Source: Octopus sinensis | Taxonomy: Eukaryota | Length of the DNA: 64,000 nt | Assembly (NCBI RefSeq): GCF_006345805.1 | Contig: NC_043012.1 | Coordinates: 38,688,001-38,752,000, forward strand | Reading direction: 5' to 3' | The notes under the pieces: model-generated | What the model was told of the DNA's origin: nothing | The model's database searches: none | Seen by the model: only the letters and a program-made list of their open reading frames with translations | Position numbers and translations under genes: made by a program | In this document: one piece after another, positions 43,223 through 54,852 of the stretch | Numbering within the stretch: the stretch's first letter is position 1 | Layout of the letters: every line of letters begins with the position of its first letter

Positions 43223-43320
43223 TTCTTTTATTCTTTTACTTGTTTCTGTCACTTCACTGAGGCCATACTGAGTACCGCCTTTAGTCGAACGATGGCGGGA
43301 GGATAGACACAGACACACAA
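43223..43320 (-). mobile_element. SINE family 1 3' tail fragment
   Basis: ttcttttacttgtttc...ggccatac...ccgcctttagtcga. Confidence 0.7.
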
Positions 43321-43341
43321 ATCTGTGTGTGTGGGTGTTTG

Positions 43342-43383
<42 letters not shown>

Positions 43384-43482
43384 AAAGCGGTAAGATAAAA
43401 CTCGGAGTTTTATCTAGGCTACCGAATAATTGTCACATATTACATATGCATATATATATATATACATTTATTTATTTATATA

Positions 43483-45292
43483 GGGAAAAGTACTACTGAT
43501 GCTATATTCTTGGTAAGACAGCTGCAGGAGAAATACCTAGCCAAAGATAAGGCCCTGTACCTGGCTTTTGTTGACATGGAGAAAGCCTTCGACAGGGTTC
43601 CCCCGATCCCTTATCTGCTGGTCAATGCGGAAACTAGGGGTTGATGAATGGTTAGTGAGAGCTGTGTGAGCCATGTACAGGGACGCTGCTAGTAAGGTGA
43701 GGGTTGGCAATGAGTATAGTGAAGAAGTCCGGGTAGAAGTTAGGGTCCACCAAGGTTCAGTCCTCAGCTCTCTCCTATTTATCATAGTCCTCCCGGCAAT
43801 AACGGAGGAATTCAAGACAGGATGCCCCTGGGAGCTCCTCTATGCTGATGACCTTGCTCTAATTGCTGAGTCACTATCAGAGCTGGAGGGGAAGTTTCAG
43901 GTGTGGAAGCAAGGATTAGAATCGAAGGGCCTTAGAGTCAACCTAGCTAAAACCAAAGTCCTAATAAGAAGGAAGGTAGACAAATCACAAACGCCTTCAG
44001 GTAGATGGCCCTGCTTGATCTGTAAAAAAGGCGTAGGTAGAAACTCTATAAGATGCAACAAGTGTAAGCTATGGACACATAAGAGGTGCAGCAATGTCAA
44101 AGGAAGGCTAACTAGGAAAATAGTTTTTGTATGTGGCAGATGCTCAGGAGCAATAAACACTGAAAACCAACTTCCCCCACATTCCAGGGAGAAAAACAAG
44201 AAATAGTTGATAGATTCCGTTACCTAGGTGACCAAGTCAGTAGCGGGGGTGGGTGTGCTGAAAGTGTAGCTGGTAGAGTAAGAATAGCCTGGGCAAATTT
44301 CAGAGAGCTCTTACCCCTACTTGTGACAAAAGGCCTCTCGCTCAAAGTAAAAGGCAGACTGTATGACGCATGTGTACACAGCAGAGAAACAAGGGCCGTG
44401 ACTGCTGAGGATATGCATAAGCTCGCAAGAAATGAAGCCAGTATGATCTGATGGATGTGTAATGTCAGTGTTCGTACTCGACAGAGTGTAAGTACCTTGA
44501 AAGAAAATTTGGACCTAAGAAGCATCAGTCGTGGTGTGCAAGAGAGACAATTGCGCTGGTATGGTCATGTGACGAGAATGGATAGTTGTGTGAAAAAGTA
44601 CCACACCCTAGCAGTTTAGGGAACCTGTAGAAGAGGTAGACCCAGGAAAACCTGGGACGAGGTGGTGAAGCACGAACTTCGAACTTTAGGTCTCACCGAG
44701 GAAATGACTAGAGACCGAGACCTATGGAAGTATGCTGTGCCTGAGAAGACCCGGCAGGACAAGTGAAACCATAACCCATGGCCTCTACCTGGGATATAGC
44801 CAGTCCACTTATACATACCTTTCCTTCTTGGGACACAAAACTCTACTTGTGAAGACCTGTTGAGGCAAGTGAGAATCAGCATCAAAATCGAAATCGATCA
44901 ACATCAATGGAAATTGTAGCTGTGATACCAGTGCCGGTGGCACGTAAGCGAACCATCCGAACGTGGCCGTTGCCAGCGCCGCCCCGACGGGCATCCATGC
45001 CGGTGGCACGTAAAAAATACCACCAGATCGTGGCCGTTGCCAGCCTCGCCTGGCCTCCGTGCCGGTGGCACGTAAAAAGCACCATCCAACCGTGGCCGTT
45101 TGCCAGCCCTGTCTGGCACCTGTGTCGGTGGCACGTGAAAAGCACCCACTACACTCACGGAGTGGTTGGCGTTAGGAAGGGCATCCAGCCGTAGAAACAT
45201 TGCCACATCAGACTTGGGCTGGTGCAGCTTTCTGGCCTCCTAGACCCCAGTTGAACCGTCCAACCAATGCTAGCATGGAAAACGGACGCTAA

Positions 45293-45324
<32 letters not shown>
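43483..45324 (+). mobile_element. RTE-like LINE, 5'-truncated, RT with embedded PHD finger, (GAT)n tail
   Basis: STTDAIF, FVDMEKAFDRV, HQGSVLS, LYADDL, FRYLG, then LRWYGHV; 3' end ggaagggcatccagccg...aaacggacgctaaa(tga)n. Confidence 0.92.
44930..45150 (+). repeat. ~62 bp tandem repeat (about 3.4 units) in the RTE 3' UTR
   Basis: Repeated tgccggtggcacgtaaaa...cgtggccgttgccagc. Confidence 0.88.
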
Positions 45325-45374
45325 ATATAGAGAGAGAGATACATACATACATATATACATACATATACACATGT

Positions 45375-45413
<39 letters not shown>

Positions 45414-45419
45414 ATAATA

Positions 45420-45762
45420 AATATTAGGGAATAAATCCAAATTTACAGGGAAAAAAATCAGATTTAGGATTAAATCCAATTTTATAGTAAAATATTATAT
45501 AATATTATTAGAGACAAAACCACTATTTTGCAAAACAAGGAAAGACTTAATCAATACATAAAATTTTAATAAAAAAGTCAAAAAAACCGCCACTACAATT
45601 GTTCTTGTCCTTGAAAATTGGAAAGTCCACTGAAGATTGTCGGTCAGGACAAGAAACAATTGTTAGTGGCGCGTTTTTTTTTGACTTATTAAAATTTATG
45701 TATTGATTAAGTCTTTCCTTGTTTGTTTTGCAAAATAGTGGTTTTGTCTCTAATAATATTAT
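45420..45762 (+). mobile_element. Miniature fold-back element 1 (probable PLE terminal-repeat derivative)
   Basis: Arms 45499-45611 and 45646-45762 are near-perfect reverse complements. Bounded by (TA)n. Contains a hammerhead-like core. Confidence 0.7.
45626..45669 (+). ncRNA. Minimal type I hammerhead-ribozyme-like motif
   Basis: cca-CTGAAGA-ttgtc(ggtcag)gacaa-GAAAC-aatt-GT-t-agtgg. Perfect 5 bp stem II and palindromic minimal stem III; stem I needs a bulge. Confidence 0.65.
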
Positions 45763-45773
45763 GTATATATATA

Positions 45774-45845
<72 letters not shown>

Positions 45846-45847
<2 letters not shown>

Positions 45848-46169
45848 CGGAATGGTCATTTTGCCAGTTTAGCCAATAAAAACACACGCACTATATATTT
45901 GGTGTTATTTGCTTCACTGTTATTTATTTTTACATTAATCTTATCTTATTTCGGCCAGAGTTCTTTCGTCACACTCCTGTGACCGCATCAGTGGTATTTG
46001 TTCTTCTTTCTTTATTTGTGTCTCGCGCTTACTAAACCGTCAGCCATTTGTATATATAGTGCGTGTGTTTTTATTGGCTAAACTGGCAAAATGACCATTC
46101 CGAAATATAACAATATCTGTTTCAACACACGACTTCACATAAAAAATCTTGCACAACAAATATTTAAAC

Positions 46170-46170
<1 letters not shown>
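45846..46170 (-). mobile_element. Miniature fold-back element 2
   Basis: Arms 45846-45898 and 46052-46104 are reverse complements, with (TA)n at both ends and a hammerhead-like motif in the spacer. Confidence 0.65.
45955..45995 (-). ncRNA. Variant hammerhead-ribozyme-like motif
   Basis: Minus strand reads cca-CTGATG-cg-gtcac(aggagt)gtgac-GAAA-gaac-TC-tgg. Stems I and II are intact; position A9 is replaced by CG. Confidence 0.55.
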
Positions 46171-46267
<97 letters not shown>

Positions 46268-46717
46268 TTGGAGAGAGGGATAGAAATTCATATGAACGCA
46301 TCAATATGGCTGTAACCGGCTGCACGTTGACATATGAACTCCGCCCTACAAAATTTATTATTAAACATGGCCGTATTAATAACGAACTCGCCACATTGTT
46401 CATCTCTCATAAATTCGCATTTAATATTAATCAGGCACATTAGTAGCAGAGCTCAACACATTGACCTCGTATTTCTAATAAGCTCTTAACTATAAAATAC
46501 TACTATTTCATAAGAAAAAGCTTAGCTATTCACAAACTTCAAATTTATCTCCATATTCAGGTAGGTGTGTATATATATATATGAGTGTGTGTATGTAGCT
46601 CAGTATTTCGTGTTAAATAATAAGCAGTATAACATTGTTTCTATCGGATTGTCATTAAATATTTACGTCTAGATAGTTTCGTAGCACAAGTGGTATTTGA
46701 ATATACAGGAATTCATT

Positions 46718-47130
46718 GCTGCGTGGTGAAGTAGCGCGCATTGCAATCATCGCATGGTTTCCGGTTCGATCTCAGTGCACGGCACCTGGTACAAATGTTT
46801 CTTCTATATCACCGGGCCGACCAATGACTTGTGGGTGCATATGGTAGACGGAAACTACGTGGATGCCCAATGTGCATATGTGCATATGTGTATGTATGTT
46901 TGTGTGTGTGTGTGTCTGTGTGTGCGTGTGAGTGTGTGTGAGTTTGTATGTGTGTGAGTGTGTGTTTGTGTGTCTATCCGTCAGCGTGCCTACGTTTGTT
47001 CATGTAACCGCTTGAAAACCGGTGTTGGTTCATTTATAACAAAACGATTTAGAGATTCACAAAACTAGATGGAAAGAATAAGTGCCAGATTTAGCAGTAA
47101 GCACTTGTGTCGATTTCTTCGACTAATGCC
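46718..47130 (+). mobile_element. Diverged SINE family 1
   Basis: ggttcgatctcagtgcacggcacc...ggtagacggaaac...ccgcttgaaaaccggtgttggt...tcgatttcttcgactaa. Confidence 0.75.
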
Positions 47131-47212
47131 GCTGAAGGCAATTCAAGGAGAGAGACGATTAAAGTGAAACGCAGATAAAAGTATATATGTGTAGGTATAT
47201 ATATATATATAT

Positions 47213-47252
<40 letters not shown>

Positions 47253-47290
47253 ATATGTGTGTGTGTGTGTGTGGTGTGTGTGTGACTGTA

Positions 47291-48188
47291 CAGGTTGTCC
47301 ATAAAATATTTTTACAATTTTAAAATATAATTACAAAGGCAGTTAGCAAGATATCTTAACCAGATTTGTTTTATTGTAATAATTGTTTATTGAAGTTTTT
47401 TAACTGTTATTTAATAGACCTCAATATGGGTACCATTAGTTGCTCGAAGCACATCAAGATGTTACTCGATTTCTTGCCATGTTCGCTGTAGGATAGCCTC
47501 ATCAACGGTGGCAATGGCATTACGAATCCTTTGCTTCAAGTCAGCAATATCCCGTATGTTTGTTTGATACACGATATCTTTTACATAACCCCATAAAAAG
47601 AAGTCCAAGGGAGTGATATCTGACGAACGCGGTGGCCATGGAATTAGCCCATCGCATGCATTCCATCGGTCTGGAAATGTTTGATTAAGGAACTGACGAA
47701 CACGCCGTCCCCAATGTGGTGGTGCACCATCTTGCTGGAAAATGATGGTTGGTTGTAAGTGAGTCAGTTGTGGTGCCACATATTCAGTCAGAAAGTCGAG
47801 GTAAACATCTGCAGTTATTGTTGCCCCGTTGAAGAAAAATGGACCAATTATTCGATTGCACATGATTCCACACCACATATGCACGAATTGAAGGACGCGA
47901 TGGTGGATCTCTTCCATACATAGTTCTGTAGTTTCGTTGAGTCTCAACATCCAATTTTGTCTCAATAAACCAGGATACACATTGTGCTTTTTCATGAGGA
48001 GTAACCATTTTATAGGGGTACAGTGAATCAGTTCCCTTCCAACAACAGAGTATCTGAAACACAAAAATTTAATATCTATAAAAACTTTAAAATACAATTA
48101 TTAAAATAAAACAAATCTAGTTAAAATATCTCATCAACTGCTTTTGTAATAATTTTTTTAATTTTAAAGAGACTTTATGGACACCCTG
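47291..48188 (-). mobile_element. Tc1/mariner-superfamily DD41D (rosa/Visitor-type) transposon, internally deleted, long TIRs
   Basis: ~110 bp imperfect TIRs starting cagg(t/g)tgtccataaa, TA flanks. FQQDGAPPH...WPPRSSDITPLDFFLWG has 41 residues between the two Asp (counted). N-terminus MVTPHEKAQCVSWFIET. Confidence 0.9.
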
Positions 48189-48751
48189 TATATATATATA
48201 TATATATATCATGTGATGGACACAGTGTAGATATACTAGCTATAAGTAGTTTCTTTCTGTGAAGACACATGTTTGGTTAGGTTGTATAACATCTCTTCTG
48301 TCTCCAATAAACTTACAAGTACTGAGCACATAGGCTCATTGGTACATGAGAAACGAGAAAACAAAAACAGTAGGAATTTTGATTCAAAACCTTGAAAGGC
48401 GAATAAAAGCAGTTAAAAGACAAGAAAGAAAGAACATTTCTTCATTCGTAATATTGGTTTACTATTGGTCTGTAGCCTCGTTTGTAGCTCCACTAAGTGA
48501 GGTCTTTTATGAAGACCATCAGATTATGTAAATGATATGGGCGGATTAATTAATATATAATATATTATATATATAATATATATATATATAAATAAATATA
48601 TAGGTATATATATATATATATATATAAATATATATGTATATATATATATATATATGTGTGTATGTATGTATGTGTAAATATATATGTATATGAGTGTATA
48701 TATATAGAAAATAATAATAATAATGATAACAGCAACAACAACAACAACAAC

Positions 48752-48782
<31 letters not shown>

Positions 48783-49071
48783 TTAATTGCTATATTTTTC
48801 TATCAACAAGTAATTATTATTACGAGGTTATTTCGAAAATATGCAACGTCGCTCATAAAAACATTTTACATTTTGTGGTGCAAAAAACAAATTAGAGAAA
48901 CGGTAATAGTCAGTATTCCTCAGAGAACCATGTTTGTGGCAGTTCTTTTCCATTTCAACATATAATATATACATTCATACACAGATATAGATATACACCT
49001 GAAGATTTACTTCACATACATGCATACATGCACATATACACACATACATACACACATAAATACATACATAC

Positions 49072-49118
<47 letters not shown>

Positions 49119-49122
<4 letters not shown>

Positions 49123-49280
49123 AGGTGCATGGCTCAGTGGCTACAGCGTCGAACTTACGATCGTGAGGTTGTGAGTTCGATTTCCGGACCAGGCTAAGTG
49201 TTGTGTTCTTTATTTCACGTTGCTCCAGTTAACTCAGCTGTAGAAATGAGTTGCCACATCACTGGTGCCAAGCTGTATCA
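49119..49280 (+). mobile_element. tRNA-derived SINE family 4, truncated
   Basis: A-box tggctcagtgg, B-box gagttcgatttcc, body tttcacgttgctccagttaactcagctgtagaaatgag. Confidence 0.75.
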
Positions 49281-49284
49281 CCCT

Positions 49285-49347
49285 AGCTGTGGGACTGAAC
49301 CCGCAACCACAACGTTGAGAAACCAGCTTCTTATCACACAGCCACAT
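49285..49347 (-). mobile_element. SINE family 1 head fragment
   Basis: gtgggactgaaccc...cacacagccac. Confidence 0.65.
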
Positions 49348-50182
49348 TAAAAAAGCAAAAAAAAGCATCAAAACGACAACTGTAAAAATGCCAGCAAATC
49401 CGTGGGAATGTCTAAAAGTATTTTAGAATAAAGAAAGAAGCTTTGTGATGAGGTTTTTTAACGTCCCAAAATCAAATTTCAGTGACGTTTGATTTTATCT
49501 TCCACGCTTCTATTGGTGCAAAAATTGAAGAATAACTAGTTTAGTCTTTGAAATAGTTTAATTGTGAATAGGATTCTAACGCAAGACATGAATGAAGACC
49601 ACTCCTTACTTCTATGAATAATTTTCTACGTTTCCTCATTCGTTTCCAAAATTAACCTCTCTATTGTGTCGTTCACTACAATGAACCGAGACGTGTTTCT
49701 AATTTTAATACAATTTTATTTTCGGTAAGAATGTCGCCATGTCTCGCTGCGGTTGTCAACATACAAAAGCACCTATATGCACTTCAACACACAATCACAC
49801 ACATACACACACGCACACATACAAATTCCCACATACACAGACACACACAAACCATACACATATATCTTATAGCTCACATTGTTTTGGCTTTAAAGAAATG
49901 AAAAATCAAACAAGTTGATGGTTTGTACTTTTAACTGTTTTTTCAGTATCACGGCTTTAGAAGACTTTTTGAAAAAACTAGATTTACCTATATCAAACAA
50001 TGATGCATATAATCTATCTATCTTTATATATATGTATATATATATTTATAAAGTCATGTTATAAGGCACTACCAAACCATAGTCATTATATATATTATAT
50101 TATATATATATTGATATATATATATATATAGATATATGTGTGTGTGTGTGTGTGTGTGAATATATGTATATATGTATGTATG

Positions 50183-50558
50183 GAAGCACTCCGTCGGTTA
50201 CGACGACGAGGGTTCCGGTTGATCCGATCAACGGAACAGCCTGCTCGTGAAATTAACGTGTAAGTGACGAGCACCCACAGACACGTGTACCCTAACGTAG
50301 TTCTCGGGGATATTCAGCGTGACACAGAGAGTGACAAGGCCAGCCCTTTGAAATACAGGTACAACAGAAACAGGAAGTAAGAGTGAGAGAAAGTTGTGGT
50401 GAAAGAGTACAGCAGGGATCACCACCATCCCTGCCGGAGCCTCGTGGAGCTGTAGGTGTTTTCGCTCAATAAACACTCACAACGCCCGGTCTGGGAATCG
50501 AAACCTCGATCCTACGACCGCGAGTCCGCTGCCCTAACCACTGGGCCATTGCGCCTCC
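50183..50558 (-). mobile_element. tRNA-derived SINE family 3, full length
   Basis: Minus-strand head ggaggcgcaatggcccagtggttaggg with B-box ggtttcgattcc; tail ...cctcgtcgtcgtaaccgacggagtgc. Confidence 0.88.
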
Positions 50559-51217
50559 ACATATGTATGTATATGAATGGATTGATACATAAATACATTA
50601 TTTACATTCAAAGGGCTTGTACTATATTTTTGACAGCAACTCGTCTGTTGGTAACACAAGATATTTCTCTCCATGAGAGCTAAACGCATCGCTCACATAC
50701 TCATATACACTTTGCACGCATACGCATACACGAATATATATTGATATATAGACACTCCTGTAGGCATATATACATAGATGTAGATTTGCAATCATAGGCA
50801 CACATTTAAAACAAACTAAGACAAAACATAAACAATTCTTCTATGTTAATATGCATATAGCCTAGATTTCCGAGCGCGATGCTTCTACAAATGGCAATTT
50901 AGCTATTCATATAGGTACACATATGTATGGGATTTCTCTCGATGAATAAATATACTAATCTAACCATTATTTTTATTTTCCCAAGCGACACATTTGCCGC
51001 TTCAATGAAAAAAATTGACCTTAATATTTTGCGATAAGATTCACCGACCAAGTAGTGATTTAAAATTATCTATCGCTGCAGGTATACTTGGTTAAGTGTT
51101 ATTCTCTATACTATCATATCATCAACACTACCATGAATGTATATGTGTGTGTATTTATATATATATGTCTGTGTGTGTATGTATATGTATATATGTATAT
51201 ATATATATGTATATATT

Positions 51218-51250
<33 letters not shown>

Positions 51251-51619
51251 ACATAACATTTTTTAGAAAGACATATATATATATATAAATATACTTTTGC
51301 ACATACATATGTATATGTTTGTGTGTGGATGTATATGCATTTCTATAGAACGTCTTTTGTGTACAATCTGACAGTGTAAGTATGAAATAAAGCATGGTGA
51401 CAGAAAGTAAGACAAGCACCTATCACGTTTCATTTAATTTTTCTTGACGAAGCACTTTTAATCCCGAAATGTAAGATAACGAAAACTGTTGTTCTGGCTT
51501 ATTCATTTGTGGTTTCACGTTTCATTTGAAATTTGCATTCTGTTGGACTTAACTGGGATTTAACTTTAAATATCACAAAACATACAGTCACGCACACACA
51601 CACATATACATATATATAA

Positions 51620-51693
<74 letters not shown>

Positions 51694-51932
51694 TGGATAT
51701 ATACACATATATATGGAGTATACATATATGTACACTTATATATTACTGTAATATATATAAATAAACTTATATATTATATTATATAATATCCATATATACA
51801 TATATATCTATATATGTGTATTATCATACATATCTGTACATATATATACACGTATATATATGTATATACAAGTTAAATGTGCGTGTGTGTGTGTGTGTCC
51901 GTGTGTGTGCGTGTCCGTGCACGTGCGTGTCT

Positions 51933-52083
51933 ACGAAGGCCTATTTTCGATTTTCGTTTTCCAAATCCATTCGCAAGGCTGTGGTCGGCCCATGGCTGTA
52001 GTAGGAGACACTCCTTCAAAGTGCCACGCAATGGGCCTGAACCCTGAATCATGTGGTTGGGAAGCAAGCTCGTTACCACATAC
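51933..52083 (-). mobile_element. SINE family 1 5' half
   Basis: caaggctgtggtcggccc...gtgccacgcaatggg.ctgaacc...catgtggttgggaagc. Confidence 0.75.
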
Positions 52084-54424
52084 CCATTTTTGTCTTTTTT
52101 TATGCCATGACAGCTCAACATTTTTACGTTCTTCTGTTGGTTATAACTTTCATGTTGCCAGCAAAGTCAAGCTCTTCATAAACTCGGAATGCATTTATCA
52201 TCAATTTGATTTTTTTTAAAAACCTTCAAGAGATGTTAATGTTGATATTTGTTTCTACCTTAAAACTGATGAAACTCACTTATCTTGAGAGACGTTTCTA
52301 ATCTGCCCCATAGCTTTTTCTCGGTACGCAGCATGTCTTGGATCACATTATCTAATTATCTTAAGGATGTCTGGTGTGATCCGTTGGTGATTCTGGCGCA
52401 TGCGCTTATACGTTGTCCCGTTGTTTCATTTTGAATTTAAGATACAAATAGATTTGAACGCTTAATATTCTTTCCACTGTTGTAGCAGTTTATATATTGT
52501 ATATAGAGCTCGTTACTTTACACTTCGTCACTCTCCAACCAAATATTTTATAATTGTTAAAACAACATTTATTAATTGTTTGTCTATTCATGATAATTTA
52601 TTCTTAGAACGGAAACCTGAACAAATAATGTCGGCTTTGCTTGGATTTTCTTGCGTTCTGTGTAAAACAAATATTCTTGATATCCACGTCGACTCTTCCG
52701 TAATTGCCAATAAAATTAACTCATAGATTTATGTAGATCAGATATTTATCAACCGGATTATTTAGCAGAATAGATTGTAAGTATGAGGTGTGAACCTTGT
52801 CAGCCAATCAGGCATAACCATATAATTGTAATTTGTCTGGTATTACTGAAACTATAATCATTATAATATATATTTAGAAACACTCGATATAGACAAATGG
52901 AAGCTAAACATCGCGTGACATCGTTTATCAAAGTCCAGGCGAAAATTCTTGAACTCTCTCAGCCATCTCGTTCCTTTGCCATACACTAAAAATAAAATAA
53001 AGTGAAATCATTGGTCATGAAGCAGATACATTATCAAAGTAGAAAAACATCGAAAATGAAATAAATACGATATGGGGTAATAAAAGAGCAAACAGTTTTC
53101 TGAGTAATGTGTGTACTGAATATGATAAAAGAAGAGAAACAATTGAACAATAGAGATTTTATTTGCCGTTGTAGACATCAAAATCTATAGCAGGGTTTGC
53201 ATTACAGAACTCAGGAAAATAATCTATGCAGGGTTCAGCTGTACTAACATACTTAGGTAAAAGAACAATGCAAGTTTCTCTTTGAAATAAAAACTTATGC
53301 AATAAAACCACTGAACAAACAGAAATGAGATCGATATAAGCGACGCTGGGAAAGAGTAGTCCTCAAATACACAGGGAACTACGTACGTAGATACGAACGT
53401 ACAAACATGCAACATACATAAATATACATAATGCATATATATATTATATATATATAATATATATATATATATAATATATATATATATAGTATATATATAT
53501 ATATCTGTATATATATACATATGTTTTATACATGTAATATATGAACATATGTGTGTATATATATGCACACACACCCACACCACACAATCTATATATATAT
53601 ATGTAAATATATACATGCATATATATATAAATATATGTATATATATATTATATATACTCATACATATATATATATATATTTGCACATACATACATACATG
53701 CATACGTACGTATGTATACATGCATATATATATATATGTATGTATATAAACGCATGTAAGTTAAGTGTTTGTACATATATATAAGTAAATATATATATAT
53801 ACTAATCCATTCTTGTTGCTTTTTTCTTGTTTATATATATATATATATATATACACTATATATATATGTATGTATAAATATACGCAGACACAGGCACACA
53901 GATACACACATGGGCACTCGCGTACACCCACACACGCTTAAGACCTTACATTCATACATACGTACATGTACACATGCTGCTACACCACCACCGTCGCCGG
54001 CGAAACTACTGCTCCTACTACTACTACAACCACCACCTACACCACCACCACCACCACCACCACCACCACCACCACCACAGCTACTCCTTGTATGATATAA
54101 ACGATATATAGATGAAGAGCGTAAAACTCTAGTACAACTCATTCAAGTGTTGTACTTGATGCTACAGGAAATACGTCGTGAGAGGGTGTAGGAGGTGTGA
54201 GCAGTGAAGAACGGTGCAGCAGATGGAGACAGGGATGACGATTATAAATTAAGACTAAATCAATAATGTAAACAGAGAGATGCGATACTCGAGTCGTACC
54301 CTGGTAGGTCGTCTGAGAGCAATATATCCGGTTGACGGTTTAGGAGCAAAATAAGGAGGTGCATCACGATGGGTGGAAAATTATAATGAGTATGGTGATG
54401 ATCATAATAATCATGATGATGGTG

Positions 54425-54463
<39 letters not shown>

Positions 54464-54765
54464 AGAGATGATAATCATGATGATGACGATCATCATCATC
54501 ATCATCATCACGATCGTGGGTTCGATTTCGAGCTGAAGTCAAATGATCTTGATCAGGTTGCAATTATTGTAGTTGAGCTTTAGGATTATAATGAATTAAA
54601 TTGCTACCAATTAATACGTAATTAGTAATTAAACGGAATTTATTTTATTGATCAAAAGGAAATAACTTTTCCAACCGGTTTTGAACTCATAACATAGCGA
54701 AATGTAATTAGCTACTAGAGACCTTTGGACACTAGATAGTTAAAGAAAGCATGTGTGCAAATACA

Positions 54766-54786
54766 ATAATAATAATAATAATAATG

Positions 54787-54843
<57 letters not shown>

Positions 54844-54852
54844 TAATAATAA
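54766..54852. repeat. (TAA)n tract, equal to the (ATT)n tail of the adjacent Tx1-like copy
   Basis: Direct inspection. Confidence 0.9.

Noticed and set aside
44930-45150. CRISPR-like repeat/spacer pattern
   Set aside because: Eukaryotic context, no cas genes, and the linkers are related to each other. It is a tandem repeat in a LINE 3' UTR.
52250-52700. CTGATGA at 52266 and faint GIY-YIG-like words on the minus strand
   Set aside because: No GAAA-closed stem. The protein similarity needs several frameshifts and is too weak to call.
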